64,000 nt of DNA from Phoronis australis (taxonomy: Eukaryota; Animalia; Phoronida), in the NCBI GenBank assembly GCA_002633005.1, contig NMRA01000113.1:340441-404440 (forward strand), read 5' to 3'. The position numbers and the translations under genes were made by a program. The notes below the pieces were generated by a model, which made no database searches, was not told the DNA's origin, and worked only from the letters and a program-made list of their open reading frames with translations. Positions 25,501 through 40,500 of the stretch are shown here, piece after piece (within the stretch, counting starts at the first letter, position 1; each line of letters starts with the position of its first letter).

Positions 25501-28500
25501 TTTTCCCGGTCGAAGCTTAGCGTGATAAAATGTGTAGTAAGCTATAATAGTTGCTAAACCTTAATTTATAGATTCACTCTATGTGTATTTTGTTTTATTT
25601 TTCAATTGGTTTTGAGTAAAAGCAGAATGGCCTGTGTATTGTGTTATTGATTGTCTGATCAAAATATCTATTACACAAACAGTACAGAGTAGTAACATGT
25701 GGGAAATCACTGAAATTATGCAGGTTCATTCATATATGTACCTGCAATAACATGCTTGGTGACAAATTACGACAATGAATTATCTAACGACCTTCTGCTC
25801 TTCAGTTGGGCTCAATTCTGATTAAAACTCCTATTATGGGGTTTCCATCCAATTTTAATTGGTAGTTATGATTATTTTTAAACTCTCATATTTTGTATTT
25901 TGTTCTATGCCTGAGCTAGAAATCTGCAAAAAATATGGAGGACTTTCAAATTTCCAATTACAACAGCCTAAACAGAAGTATCCCTGACATATGTGTGAAA
26001 TTTTTACCGAAAAGCCACCTCTTAAATGAAATCCTATGCTCCAATTTCATTGCTCGATGTCAGTTTTACGTGTATAGTGACTTTACTTGTATTTTTGGTT
26101 TTAAACTAATTTCCTTACATCAGTGTTGATAAACGTTTTTTTCTGGATATTATGTACCTCAAATTTTAGGTTTTTGGTTTCTTTTCAAAAAGGTACTCTG
26201 TTCATTTTTTTCTTTTACGATTTATATTGATGCCTATGGTGTTTTCTATGACATAAGGAAAAATTAGAATCACCAACTCAAATTGTCTCATAATAATGGT
26301 CAATCTAACCTAAGAAGGGTGCTTGCTTATTTCTATGTCAGCTGCGTTTCACCAGATGTCCATTATGTTGATATGTTGTTGGGATTATGAAATAAATTTA
26401 GTTGTTAAATGAATAATCTAAGATGAAAGCGCTCCGAGGAGCGAACCTTGGCGAAATTAACCAAAAAGATGACGATAAAGATGATGATGAAGATGACGAA
26501 TATGACGACGATGGTGGCGAGAATGAACAAAAGAAGTAATAATAAAATACACATGACGAACGTAGAAGTCCGAAATCAGTAAGAAAAAGGCTACAGCCTT
26601 GAGCGACACTTGGCGAAATTAACGGAAAAGACAACGACGGAGATGATGACGATGATGACGAATATGATGATGGTGGTGGCGATGATGAACAACATCTCAA
26701 CATTCATATGATGAACTTAGATGTCATAAATCAATAAGAAATGGGCTACAGTCTAGTTCATAGAAGGTAAACCAACATCAATGCAGCCAAACTCAGTGTC
26801 AGAGCAATATACTTGGCGAAATTTATTTCGCCAAGTAATGACAAGTCTTTTCTTTGATAAATTCTAATTTTTGTTGTTTGAATTAAGTGACTTGGGTTTT
26901 TTCTTTCAAGTTATGTGAAATTGATCTAATACTTCCAGAACTATTTTCTAAAGGATTTGGATGGGTCTCCTGGGGGTTTACGAACTACGAGTAACTTTGT
27001 GCAGTACGCTTTGCGGAAGTTTGATTTTTCTCACATTTTTTGTTATATCATTATAATATATTGACATTATTTGACATTTATGTTTTTAAGCACTCACATA
27101 TATACATTTATATACGCTAACTGCGAAGTGATACCGAAGCCAGTTTACAGTGAAACAACACGAGGATGAGATAACAGGTCATACGTATATATTATTACAA
27201 ACTAAACTACTACAGATATTGATGAATACAAAAGTAATATGTGGAGCTGTAAAGGTGGGTGACTGAATCTGCCAGACAATCGGCGTTAAACTACTGTAGG
27301 TATTGAGAAATCCAAATAAAGGTAAATAGTAGGTCGAGATAGTGAAAAACACGAAGTTATATAATATGATGAGCTATAAAAGTGGGTAAAAATATCCCAA
27401 AGCAATACCATGACATCGATGTGAGAAAATTGAGAATAAGTTGTAAAAAACGGACTGATGAAGGGAAGGTTATAGAAAAATTGACTGAAAAATACAGAGT
27501 TGAAGAAAATTTATGGACCATGGCACAGTGTTGCGACAAGTCAAAGAAATCAGGTGGTACAATTAAAGCAATAGTGAGAGAACAAAGAGGGTCACTGACC
27601 CGAGAATTAAAACAATATGATAATGAGGACGAAGCAGTATAGCTTGCACAAAATAACTTAATACTACTTGATAAATATTATTGACATGCGCTAATTGCAA
27701 AGCTATACCGAAGCCAGTTTACAATGAAACAACACATGAGGATGAGATAAAAAGTCATATTATGACAAACTAAACTACTACAGATATCGATAATTACAGA
27801 AGTTATATAATATGTTGAGCTGTAAAGGTGGGTGACAATCTGTCACAGATGCAGCAGAAGGATGCATCTGCCCAATTTGGGTGCACTGTGCCTTATCCGT
27901 GTCTGTCTGGCGTCCGCCGCTGTATCTCCATAATACCTTGATGGATATTTGTGAAAGTTTGCATACGTGTTCCTAACTTGGATGGTTAACATGAGCAAAT
28001 TGTCGGATGGATCTGAGTTTGGATGTGTCCCCAGTGGCTATTTAAGTGTTTTTACCTTTGTCTTGTTTGTATCTTTGGAGTTCCTGGATGGTTTTCTTGA
28101 AATTTGGCAAATAGGTTTCTGTTAAGGAGACAATGCCACCTTCTTGTTTTCAGATTGATTTGATGTATTTTGGGCCTCCTATTGGCCGTTTTTAATGTTT
28201 TTGAGTTTGTTTTTTGACGTCTGTCTATCTATTGGGCAAACCACTCTAAGAATGCTTATGAAAATTGATATATGAACTCGTACTGAAAAGAGAACGGCTG
28301 GATGACTCTGACCATGGCACTTCCTAGTGGCATTTTTTTGCGTCTGAGGCTTTTTCTCATGAGCCCCTTGCAGAAACATAAATTTGGCAAATGCATTTCT
28401 ATGAAAATGACAACAGATGGCGACTACTTTCGGAGGGTTCCCCAACTGCTACTGTGCTCCTTAAAAACAATTTTTTTTTACGTTTTCCTCTGTATCTTTG

Positions 28501-31500
28501 GTGTTTTTTGATGGGCTTTTGTGAATTTTGACATATAAGTTTCTGTCTAAGAGGCAATAGACCTTCCCATATTCGGATTGATTTGACTTACTATATGCCA
28601 CCTAGTGGACATTTTTTATTATGTTTTATTCGGGTTTTTGACATCTGCCTCTCTATTGACCAAACCACTCTAGGATCATTATGAAAATTGGCATGTGTTC
28701 CTATGATTTTTGAACAAGTTTGTCTGCTGAGGCGTCATTTGTGACAATTTGATTTTTTGCCTGTAGCTCAATACGAATTCATTGATGAATCTTTATGAAC
28801 TTTGGCATGTGTTTTTATTTAGGAAAGTACAACTGACAGTTTTGGGGACAAATTCGACTACTGCAGTCACCTACTGGCAATTTTGTTTTTCTTTGTATTG
28901 GCCTTGATATCTATCAAATTCCTTGTTGGACTTACAGGATATTTGACAAATAAGTTACTATCAATTAGATCCCAGCACCAGTCCTGTTTCACTTGGATTT
29001 GACATCATCTTGTGGCCTTTCTGTTATTTTCATGTCCTGTGTTGTCTGCCTCCCTATTGTTATTGTAATCATCAGTTCTACTTCCAGTAACATCACAGAT
29101 GAAATCAATGCAACCACAACCATCATGATGACGACTACTAGAGCACCCCCTACTGAGGGTCACCAAGACCTGCCTGAAGTGGGCGCTGCTGAGGAGGAGA
29201 AACACAGCAGCATGACTATATTCTTCATCCTCCTGGTTGTTGGTATGTCATTGTAATCACTGTCAATTTAGGATCTAATATGGCAGACATTTTAGGTTTT
29301 TGATACGACCAAATTAATGCTTTACATTTTCAAGTTTTGTACATTAGATATCATCAAGCAATATTTTGAAAAATTGCGGCATTGACTAAAACATTGGTAC
29401 CTGTTTAAAAATGGACAAATTTGGCAATTTTTTAAATTGATATTTTACTCTCCTCTAGTCTAAGGCTAGCAAATAACCACTAACCACTACAAGTGTAGAT
29501 TATTTTGTGCCTTTTGTATAGCTGTCTTTCGAAATAGCCACGTCTTTGGTGGACAGGCGTTCAACACCACCTATAGATCCCATGTAATTCGAACGGTAGG
29601 TTTCAATCTACTGGTTTAAGCAGCCTTTCAACACCTTTCCTGCTATTATGATGCTGGTAAATGTCTAGTGTTTGCGGTGGGTTGTACCAATGGCTTATGG
29701 AAGGAGACAAACCTTTTGAAATATCATTTGATGAACAAGGATGTCCTGATCCATACATTTCCCACTATGTAGATGTAGATGTATATGTGACAAAGCCAAT
29801 GGCTGCAGCTGATAAAGCGACAGAATTTCGATCCCAGCCAGTGTCAAGAAATTAAAATAAATTAGTAAACTTTAACTGACCAAACAATGTGAGGGGTGAC
29901 AGTGGAATTTATTATTCTGCTTTTATGTGTAAGAACCACTATGTGGAAATTAAATTCCTGTCTACCAAATCTGAGTCAGTATCAATGGGAAGTCACTTTC
30001 ATGCTTTCATTACTCTAGAGAGCACCAATATGAAACGTTCCCTATTGGTTTTTTATAAGTTTATTTTAATCAATATTTGATATTGAAGTACTGTCTCATC
30101 TCTACATCTCTGATAAAATGAATAAAAAATTAACTTCAAAAGATGTCTATTTATAGTGTTTGATATCATGACATTCCCATTTATTATCTGACCAAATACA
30201 GCACAGCTGTTTATTTTGAAATGCTGGTAATAATTAGGCATTGATTGTCATTGTAAATAGGCCACACTTGATCATGTATTGTAAACAGGCCACACTTGAT
30301 CATGTATTGTAAACAGGCCACAATGAATCATGTATCGTAAATAGGCCACACTTGACCATGTGCACCTGACAATGTTCTGTAAACTCTGCAGTTTTTGGAA
30401 CTTCACTCTGAACTATGTTTGGTTTTGATTGGTTATCAAAAAAATCAAAAACATCTGTAATATATATTGTTCTGTTTCCTCACTTCCTGTGTTTCAGTTA
30501 TTTGTATCTTGGTGATCCACATGTTGATTCAGACCAAGTTCCACTATCTCCCTGAGAGTGTCGCTGTTGTCTTAGTTGGTAAGGAAATGGTTGAGAAAAA
30601 AAAAGTTACATAACTAATACCCCATGAGAGGCCGACATGAGAATCGATGTTGGTACTCCATTGGTTAGGATCTATTCAGGAATGTCTGTTAGTGTCTTTT
30701 GTGAATTATGGAAACTGGCCAAACACACTGACCTAGCTAACCACTAGTTTGACAAGACTACTAGAGCACCAGGGGATGTCAAAACAACATAATCACCAAC
30801 GGTGTTATCAGAATCTTTATCAGTTTCAAAGTTCAGTTATAGTCCATCTTTGGAAGTGAAAATTCTACTCACAACTAGCATTTTATGCGCATGGAAGATT
30901 TCTTATTTTCTTGCTTGTTATATGTTAGGGGAGGCCAGGGATAGTTTGACCTTGAGACGTTTTCGGAAAATGGGCAGCATATCTAGGACAAAAAGCAAGA
31001 TACAGCCAATTGTCAAAAATCGCATGATGGTTGCAGTGACTAGGAGTTCAAAATAGCAAACTTGTGAAAGTGTATACCAAATTAGGAAGCAAAAATTCAA
31101 TTTCTTCATTTGCGGACAAATTTCATGTTTCTTTTTCAATTTTTATTTCTCTTAAAGTTTCTTAAGTGTAACTAAAAATATAGATGACTTGTGTGTTTAG
31201 GTTGAGCAACATGCTTCAGTGGGATACAATGTTCATTTATATTTTTGGGCCTTACAAGATGCTGCGCAAAATCTCTTGCTATCCTGTTAAGAGTTAGTAC
31301 GGCATGTTGAATAGGAGCATATTGGGCCCATAGTTTATCTCGCACTTTTCCATCAGCAACTTGTTATTGTTATTGTTATTTTTGGTGTTTCAAAGACTAC
31401 AATGCTACTGTTGAGTTTAATTGCTCTTGGCAAAAGTGAAATTTTATGTTGTTCAAGTTCACAGTAGCAAACGCTTGCACATGAACATGCATGTACTATG

Positions 31501-34500
31501 TAAGCATTCCCTGCAAATGTAACGGACTCTATATCCTTGTAGAAGAAGCCAATTGACTTCATACTGTTCAGAACAATATCAAATAAGCTCCAGTAAGACT
31601 AATTCATGAGCATCTGACCATTTGTGTTTCGGTTATGAGTTGGTATAATTTCAAGTCTGTCATACTAACTTAACTCATTTGTAGTTGTTGTTATCTGTTC
31701 TAGGTACAGTAATAGGCCTCCTTCTCAGAGTTCTGTCTATTCACGACATGGGCAACTGGCAGGTTAGCTTTCTCTTTAAGTTAAATTACAGAGTATCATC
31801 TGTGTAACTTGTACACGATTTAGAACAACATAGTCATCTGTTTCAAATTATTGTATAATGTATAAGTACGCTATAGTTTAAGATGCTGTTGGTGATAGTA
31901 TCAAGATTTAAATAAAAGCTGATGGTGTCTGTAGAGCTTGCTTATCAACATATTTTCAAGGTGGTTTCCTTAGTAATTCCTTCAGATCAATACTACGTTG
32001 TCCGTTGAGGTGTTTATCTGTGTTTTTCAGAAAGAGGAGTCCTTTTCTCCAACTGTTTTCTTCTTGGTTTTACTGCCTCCCATTATTTTTGAAAGTGGTT
32101 ACAATCTACACAAGGTAAGCTTTGTCTGTATGTTTCCATGGAGTATTGTGTTCCAGTGCAGTCTCGCTCAAATACATTGTATGTCTGTTATCTGGTATAC
32201 ATTTAAATACTATGTATGTACATCCTCAGGTATACGCTCAGTTGCAAACAAGCAAGAGAACTGCGTTCTAATTCTCATGTGCAAACTAGCTCATACATTG
32301 TATACAAGTACTGTCAGTTGCGTTGTCTTCTGACGATTCTAGCTTCCTCAGAGTCCTCTCATAATTTTGGAATAATACACTGTACAATGCTCATCGTGAG
32401 AATGAAGAAAACACATCCATGTGCACATGATTTAGGTTTACTCCTGAATCTATAACTGGACGCATCCATTGTCATCAAACGAGAAGTCGAATATAACCGA
32501 CACGATCCTGTATAGAAAGGTGCGGAAAACCTTAAACATGCAGAGACCCCATTAGGATATTACAGAGTATAGACACAAATGACAAGCATACAATTTGAGA
32601 ATGCATTCTTTTCCCTTGCCTTGGTGCTTCAGACCCAAGCTCTCAAATTTAATGATCAATCCTAAGAACTCAACAAATCTAACTTGTGTTTAACAATCTT
32701 AGCTCTAGTAATTTCCATCCGTGATGATTCAAAAAGTACTGACAATGTACAAACTGTGTGCCCAACATAACATCGTGTAGCAGGGGCGAGGTGGTTATAA
32801 CGGTCAGAAGGGCAGGAAACTTGGTATACGACGTCAGCCTGAGATAGAGGGCGCTTTTTGTGTGAATGTTTTTGATCAGAAATGAACAGTTTGTCTTTAA
32901 AACCATGTGGCAAAATGTTGTCGTTCAAAATTCTACGAGCACATGTTGCCACAGTGATACTTAACAGAATACATATTTTTCACATCGCATGGTCTTTTCT
33001 TTGGGGTATCCAGAATTCATTAGTAAGACGGGCAATAAATCAATTATTGTTCCTTTGTTAACAAACATATGTTGACTGTATGCTTTTAGTCATTAACAAG
33101 TGTTCTGATGGAGCACATATTGTCAGCGCTACATCTCGGACATCAATTTTAACTCTTGAAGTATGCTTGAAGACATCTTTCAAAGCATTCATACCAGCCC
33201 TAGATGACACAATAAATGTATCGTCTCTATGGGACACATATACCTACCTCATGTTTGATGTTTTCATCCAAAAGACCTTATTTTCACATACATATGTTAA
33301 AGTCTCGCCAATTTCGGACAAAGCAAAACGGTCTTTTTTCATTTCTAAAAAGTTTCTGAAACAGGAATCCCCACAATTTCTCAGTTACATTGTCTGATAC
33401 TAGTTATGGTGTAGATCTTCAAAACTTTTAAGCATTTATTTATTGCTAATTATCTTTTATGAAAAATGGAAAATCAAATGTCACTTGTCGGCCATATTGT
33501 GTCCTACATTGGTGATGTTTTACCTTTAGTAACTTGCAAAAATGGGGTGTATTGGACTATCTATAGAGACCTCTTTTACCTGCAAGAATAACTTGCCATT
33601 GAGGTGCCTCAAAGGCATGCATGTGTGAGACTGCCTAGTTGCTGCCAACTTATAAAAGTACACTTGTATGTATATGCATCCACCTTCTGCTGTACAGTTA
33701 CTAGTATATTTACATGAAAGATACAAAAACAGAAAACATTTGTGAATTTGTGTAAATTATGTACTATAGCCAATAATGCTGTCTCCCCATTCGTTGTCGT
33801 CGGCTACAGTCCCTGTCTTCACATTACTCACTAGTGTTATGTTAATGATAACCGTCATTTCTTGTAGCTGCTTGTAATTCTACAATATGATGCGCTGTTG
33901 TACTTACAGGGTAACTTCTTTGAAAATATTGGAACCATTCTACTGTTTGCCATTTTGGGGACTGTGATATCAGCCTGCATAATTGGTGGTGGTATATACC
34001 TACTGGGTATGGTGAGTAAAGCTTTGTTGTGCTTTGTACATTTAACACAGTCGTTATACTTGACATTGTACTCATTATGATATGCATGTTTATCTAGAAT
34101 GTTATGACAAAAACTTTATTTAATAAACAAAATCATCATGCACCAAAGCTCTCACAGCTGAATATGATGGAATGCATGATTTCAAAATATGACTAATTTG
34201 GTATTTAAAAGCAAATATTTCATTATATATATTATCATTATAGTTATTGCTGGGAATCAGTGTGAGCTTGTATCCGTAATCAGTCATTTAGTGCAGCCGA
34301 GGAACCTGTTTCATCTGAGCTTTTGTAGCCATCACAGTAAATTTGGCTGCACTATTGTTACAAAATGTGTTAATGGTTTGTATTGATTGTTACTGTATTG
34401 AATACAGGATGTCTTCAAAAGGATGTAGCTAATTTCCATACTTAACAATTATATATGAGGGTAGTGGCTGCACTGATTATTTTAGTGCAATAATATTAGG

Positions 34501-37500
34501 CGCTACTTCGCATTTCTCCAACTGGCAGCTATGAATGCTTTATGCTGGTTGAGATTACTATAGCCACTTACCACAGTACACAGACATTTATGACTGGCTT
34601 CTTTTGTTTGGGATCAGGGAACAGACATGGCTGTCATGGATAACAGCTACCTGTTCGGGGCAACATTCTTTCCTGCCCATTCTAGACACTGTGCACTATT
34701 CAACTAAATCCATCATTGAAAACTAAACTTTTTTATTATTTTAAGAGCAGATTGAAATTAGTTCAATTATACAACAGTAAAAAAGGGAAATGGTATGCCT
34801 TGCAACTGGTGTTCCTTTGTTGATATGCCCCAACCCTGAGCAACACAATGGGACGACTTGCCTTGTGTACACTACTGCTTAGTGATCTTAATACTTCCTA
34901 AGAATGCAGTGAAATTTGAATTTGGGAGTATATCATAAACTTACGATTGTAGAGACAGCAATTTCATAATTTCATACTGTGTCTTGAAACACACTTGTGT
35001 TTCCTCAGTGTATGCCTGGTGCATTATACCATTATTTGTCGATTAACATTTTGTCTAACCAATAAAGTGAAATGTTGAAAACCCACCTTCTGTCAAAAAT
35101 ATCTTTTGATTTAGACCGCTTTAGCTGTAAAATTGGTCTCAATTGATTTCTGGAGTTGGAAAGAACTGAGACTTTGTTACTGCTGGAGGCCAGGCCCAAC
35201 AAGTTTACTTGTCACGCCGGGTCATTCTAAGCTCGGGGTGTGATACCAAGCCAATAATGAACTTTTAGTTCTTGCAAAGTACAGAAGCTTCTTGTTATCT
35301 GAGTATGTTGGCCTAATAACTTGACACCAGTTCTGTAGCAGTACATGGTCTGAATCAAATTTTGGAATGCGGGTTTGCTACAGCTTTGAAATCTTTCCAC
35401 AGGCCAGTGTCGCGTACAAGCTGGACATTATTGAAAGTTTCGCATTCGGCTCAATGATATCTGCGGTTGACCCTGTAGCCACTCTAGCCATATTTCATGC
35501 CCTGGATGTTGAACCCATTTTGTGCATGTTGGTATTTGGTGAGAGTGTGCTCAACGATGCTGTCTCCATTGTGCTTACCACGTAAGTTGACGTGTTTTAA
35601 CTCGATGTATGACTTGCTGAAATTGATAAACAAAATAGGTTGTAAGATTTAGTGTTGGGTGGTAATGAACATGCTCGAATTAAAACCTGCCTTTACTATT
35701 GGAGTTTGAGAACATGTTGTAGTGTTATTTGCCTGTTTGTGCATATGTGATGGTCAAACAAGGCTATTTTAACGTGTTGGTAACTGTTGATAGTGGATTT
35801 TGCAAATCTCCAACAACTAGGGTATTGCCAGGTGGTTAAGTTCACAGCCCAGCTCGCTCTTTATTATTGTTTTCAAGACAATCTCAGAGATTGTCAGCTG
35901 CAACATTCAGAGAATTTCATCAAAGATATCACAAAAAGCATAGTGTACGTAACTGGCTCAGAAGAGCAAATCCAAGCATGACAATAATTTGCTCAGACGA
36001 GGTGGATCAAATTGGCCCATAAGTGGTGGACCCTAAAATGTAAGTAACTGGCTCGTAAGAGGTGGACCCAAAGATGTAAATAATTGGCTTAGAAGATGTA
36101 GACCAAAAGATGAGTCTTGCTGTCTTGATGTGCTTCATGACTGTCTTTAGGTTGTACATTAAACATTGTGAAGTTGTTAACAGAATACTACACTAGTCAG
36201 CTTTTTCCAATTAAGTCCACGTACTTTATCAAAATTCCACTTTTTCTTTCAGAACTATCGTGGAATTGTCTGATCCCAAGATAGCAGCCATGAGTGGGAT
36301 GGCTGTCTTCTTTCATGCTGTTGGACGCTTTTGTCTTATGTTTTTTGCATCAGCTGCAATTGGAGCTGTGTTTGGTGTTATAAGTGCAATAATATCCTTT
36401 TGAATACTTTACCCGTCGAAAAATATATTTACGTACTCACATGTACATTTGTGGTCACATGTTAGGGTCATCTCCATGTAGACGTTATGCATCTGCTGCT
36501 GTGTCTCATAGTTGCAGGATCTTTATGAAATTTGGTATATGTTACGATCAAATTGACATATGACGACTTTTGGACTAATCTGACTACCGCTTTAGCTTCT
36601 AGTAGATTTTTTTTGAAATTTGCCTCTGTATCTACCTAACTTTCTGACAGGATTTAATGAAATTGTGCCAATACCTATTGGATGGATTCAATGTATATTT
36701 GTGCTTCATGGGGTCTGTTTTCATTATTTGTTGAGCCTATTTTTGGTGCCTGCTTCTCTTTCTACTGGAACGATCCTTATGAAATTTGGAAGATGTGTTC
36801 CTGTTGAGGAGAGCATGACTAATGTTGATTTTCAGATGAGTTTGATAACTGTGGCACCTCCTAGGGTCAATTATATTTCTTTGTCGCTCCCTCAAGTTCC
36901 TTTATGGATCTTCAATCCAGCAAATATGTTTCTATGAAGGAGAGCACCTCATTTGTATCTGTGGGCACATGTCAATGCTCTGTTATTGTTGTTATAATTA
37001 TTGCTGTTAATTTATTATAAACATTAAAGGGTTTATTTCTTCTTCAGCAGTTCTAGTTTGCTCAAAATCAGTGATAAGAAGTTGTTTTACTTAACCAAAA
37101 GCACCTTCTTAAATTTATTGACCTTCGTAAAACTCCGTCGTTGGAGTTTGCTATGATGTTGGGCTTCTCCTACGCACCATATGCCTTGGCAGAAGGACTT
37201 CATTTGTCTGGTAATGTACACTTTTGATTGGAGTGGGTATGAGTAGATAAATATGCTGTCAGTGATATACTAGTGGTTCATAGTTTACATCCAACATGTG
37301 TTGTTTTGGTCCTTTTAAGTGCCACAGATTGATCATACTTTGAAATGAAATTAAGTTAGTCATGTGACACTTTTGTTCAAAAGTTTACTGCACTGATTAA
37401 CAAGTAAATTTAGGTCTGATGTACAAACAGACTACAGTAAAACTGCTTACAAAAATTTGACTAAGTTTGGTCAAGCATGATCGATGATGGCATATTGCTA

Positions 37501-40500
37501 GCATTGTTCTGCAAGCTTATATCAAACTTTGAATACAATAGGCCCAAAAAACGGGAATCTTGTTGGCCAAGCTTAAATAAAGCTGCATATCTTTTAGCCA
37601 AAAGGTCAATTAGTCTTACCGGTAAAAATTTTTCAAGCAGTTTAGTGTGTCGTTGTGTATTGCAGGAATCATGGCTATCTTATTCGCTGGTATTGTGATG
37701 TCCCACTACACTCACTTAAACCTGTCACCAGTGACACAGATAACAGTTCAACTGACATTCCGTACTATATCATTCATTGCAGGTATGTACATTTCACAGT
37801 CACATTTTGACAAGATCAGATTGTATGCTTTACTACTGTTCAAGACTAATGATAATTTGATATTACTGAATGGCTGCCGGCAGGCAATAAATGTAGCCGC
37901 TTGCCTCATGGACAATTATTTCATTTTTTAAACAACTGCAATTAAGCCCCCACAGCTCAGTCTTGTACCCACCTGTAATTTACTTCACTGAATTGATTTT
38001 CAAAATTCTAAGGTGCACTTTCAAATGCAGAAACCGGATGAATTTTGAGTTACAGTGTATCCTGTTAGGGTTGGTACAGGTCGCTGAAAAGCTGTGACTA
38101 CAGGAGACACATTTTCACAATGTTTGGTGCATATAATTAAGAAAATTGGTTGTATTAATGATTTAATCAAAATATGATATTTTTTTCAGAAACTTGTGTG
38201 TTTGCCTACCTTGGTTTGGCTATTTCAAGTTTCGAACATGATGTGCGACCGCCTCTAGTCATCTGGAGTGTTGTAAGTCACCCACTTGTCAGTGCTTCTC
38301 AATCTCTAGTGTTTTAGTTAGAAATTACTGCAGTCAGTTGTCTTATACATTTGCATTTTGGTTCCTACTGGTTGTAGTCGTGAAACTTATTTTTGGTGAT
38401 TAGCTTTTTATGCGTCCACTCACACATATATATATATTATATATGTGTGTATTATGGAGACATTATACCATTATTCCTGTATGTCTGATCATCCATCCGT
38501 CCGTCTGATGTCCAGTGTCTGCCGTTGTATCTCCGTATCTCCATATGCCATCCTATCAGTCAAACCACTATAAGGGTGAGCGCTGATGAGCAATGCGCCT
38601 CAAATGTAAATTAGCTCAGTTCAGAGTTCACGACTGCAGCAAAATGAAGATTTTACCTCACGGGGTGTTGAGGAGAATGCATTCTTTTATCTGGCACACG
38701 TGAATCATTATAGCATTTGGGTGAGATGGACGGACTATGTGCTTAGCTGATTGCCTTCGACTGCTAATGAAAATTAATTATTGCATCACTTGACAATTTT
38801 GTAATGGTATGTACTAACTACGTTTACTACAAATGTATTGAGTAGGTGACATGGGTGGTGCACCACAGGGTGCTGGGGAGGGGGCTGCAGCCCCCCACTT
38901 TTTTCAGTGCTGTACCGCCCATGAGGTGAGTGAGCATTTTGCTCGCCATTTGCTGTAACCTGCATCGAATTTTGAGCCGAGCTGACAACAGCTCAGCTCA
39001 CAGTTTCTCGTCATTATGAAATTTGACATATGTGTTCATACTGGGAAATGCATTGTTGTTATTATCACATGGACAAGAGCATCTGCCCCATTTGAGATGT
39101 CTTTCAACTAAATTGTGCCCACTAGTGTCATTTTTGTTATTTTTGTGACCTGTCTTTATTGTCCACTTTCCCAACCTATCCACCAAGCTCCTTGAAAATC
39201 ATGATGAACGTGGCAGGTGTGTTCTTATTGAGGAGAACATTGCTGGCTTACTTTGAACATCTTAGAGGCTACTTCAAGTTTACTAGTATTGCTCCCTTTA
39301 GTGTGATGATCCCTTGTATTTGCACTGTATGCGAAAGCATATGGTGAGCACAAATCAAATCTGCTCTTGTTTTTTTTTAAATTACGAGACTTTTAGATAC
39401 TCAAGAACAAGGCTCAGTTTTTCAGTGTGCTATTGTCAGTAACTGTTATTTCATAAACTTGAAGAGTAGACTGGTCCCGTGGCACCGGTGAATTATAATT
39501 ATCTAATCAATTGATATAACTTCATGAAAGTCTCCTTGATCATTTGGTTTTCATCTGTCTTGTTACTTTTTCTTTGTTCAGGTGCTCTGCTTGATTGGCC
39601 GTGCCGTCAACATATTTCCATTGTCCTTCTTGGCCAACTACTTCAGAGAGCATAAAATAACACGGAAAATGCAGTTCATCATGTGGTTCAGTGGTACGTT
39701 ATCTTCATAATAGTAAATCTCTGCATGTAGGTAACTTAAAGAACAAGTCTGCTTTCAAAAGCTAAGCTGATTGAGGCTCCTGATAGCTTATGGCACTTTA
39801 GATTATGCTTCTATGTAGGGGGCATTTTTCTGCTAAGACTGATGAACAGGCTGGGGCTACAAATGTTTGGTTTTTGACACTTGTATACCTTTGTATACCT
39901 CATATGTTTTGGGCTATAATCGTTTGCTATCTTGCCTAATATGTGATTGCTATTGGATACTTGTTCTTGAAGTAGTGAAGGACTTTTGCATGATTTTTTG
40001 CAAAGTTTGTAGGAGTTGGAGTCTTAAGCTGAGGTTGATGCACTTCCAATTAGATTTGCTTTGGACAATGCATTACTAAACATGGCAAATGATTCAGACT
40101 TTTTTGTTTTTGTCGTCTGAGTTTATTGCTTGACAAGAAGTGCCAATTCTATGGGACATAAGTTTTCTAAACTACTGCATTTTAAAACACACAGCACTCA
40201 ATGTTTTACTCGTACTCACCTTAAGATACATCATAGCCAATAGAGCACACCTTTCTGTTTTACAAGGAAATTCTTCTTTATCACAGTTAACTTATTTTTA
40301 AATTCTCATAATCATCTTACCAACAGTTGTTTTTGATGGAAATGAAAATTCTAGGTCTGAGGAGTGATACACTTCATCCTGAAAATTTCACATTGTAGGT
40401 CTCTTAGTAAAATGTAGTGTGTTACTGTGTTTACTCGGGAGTCTGAGTTGGATGTGTGTTAAACGGTTAGAGGTAGCATATTATTATGTGTACTCAGCCA

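Noticed and set aside
26398-26703. Ser-rich (minus) or Asp-rich (plus) protein, e.g. an acidic shell-matrix-like peptide
   Set aside because: GAT/GAC microsatellite inside duplicated repeat units. The plus frames are interrupted by stops and have no convincing splice sites.
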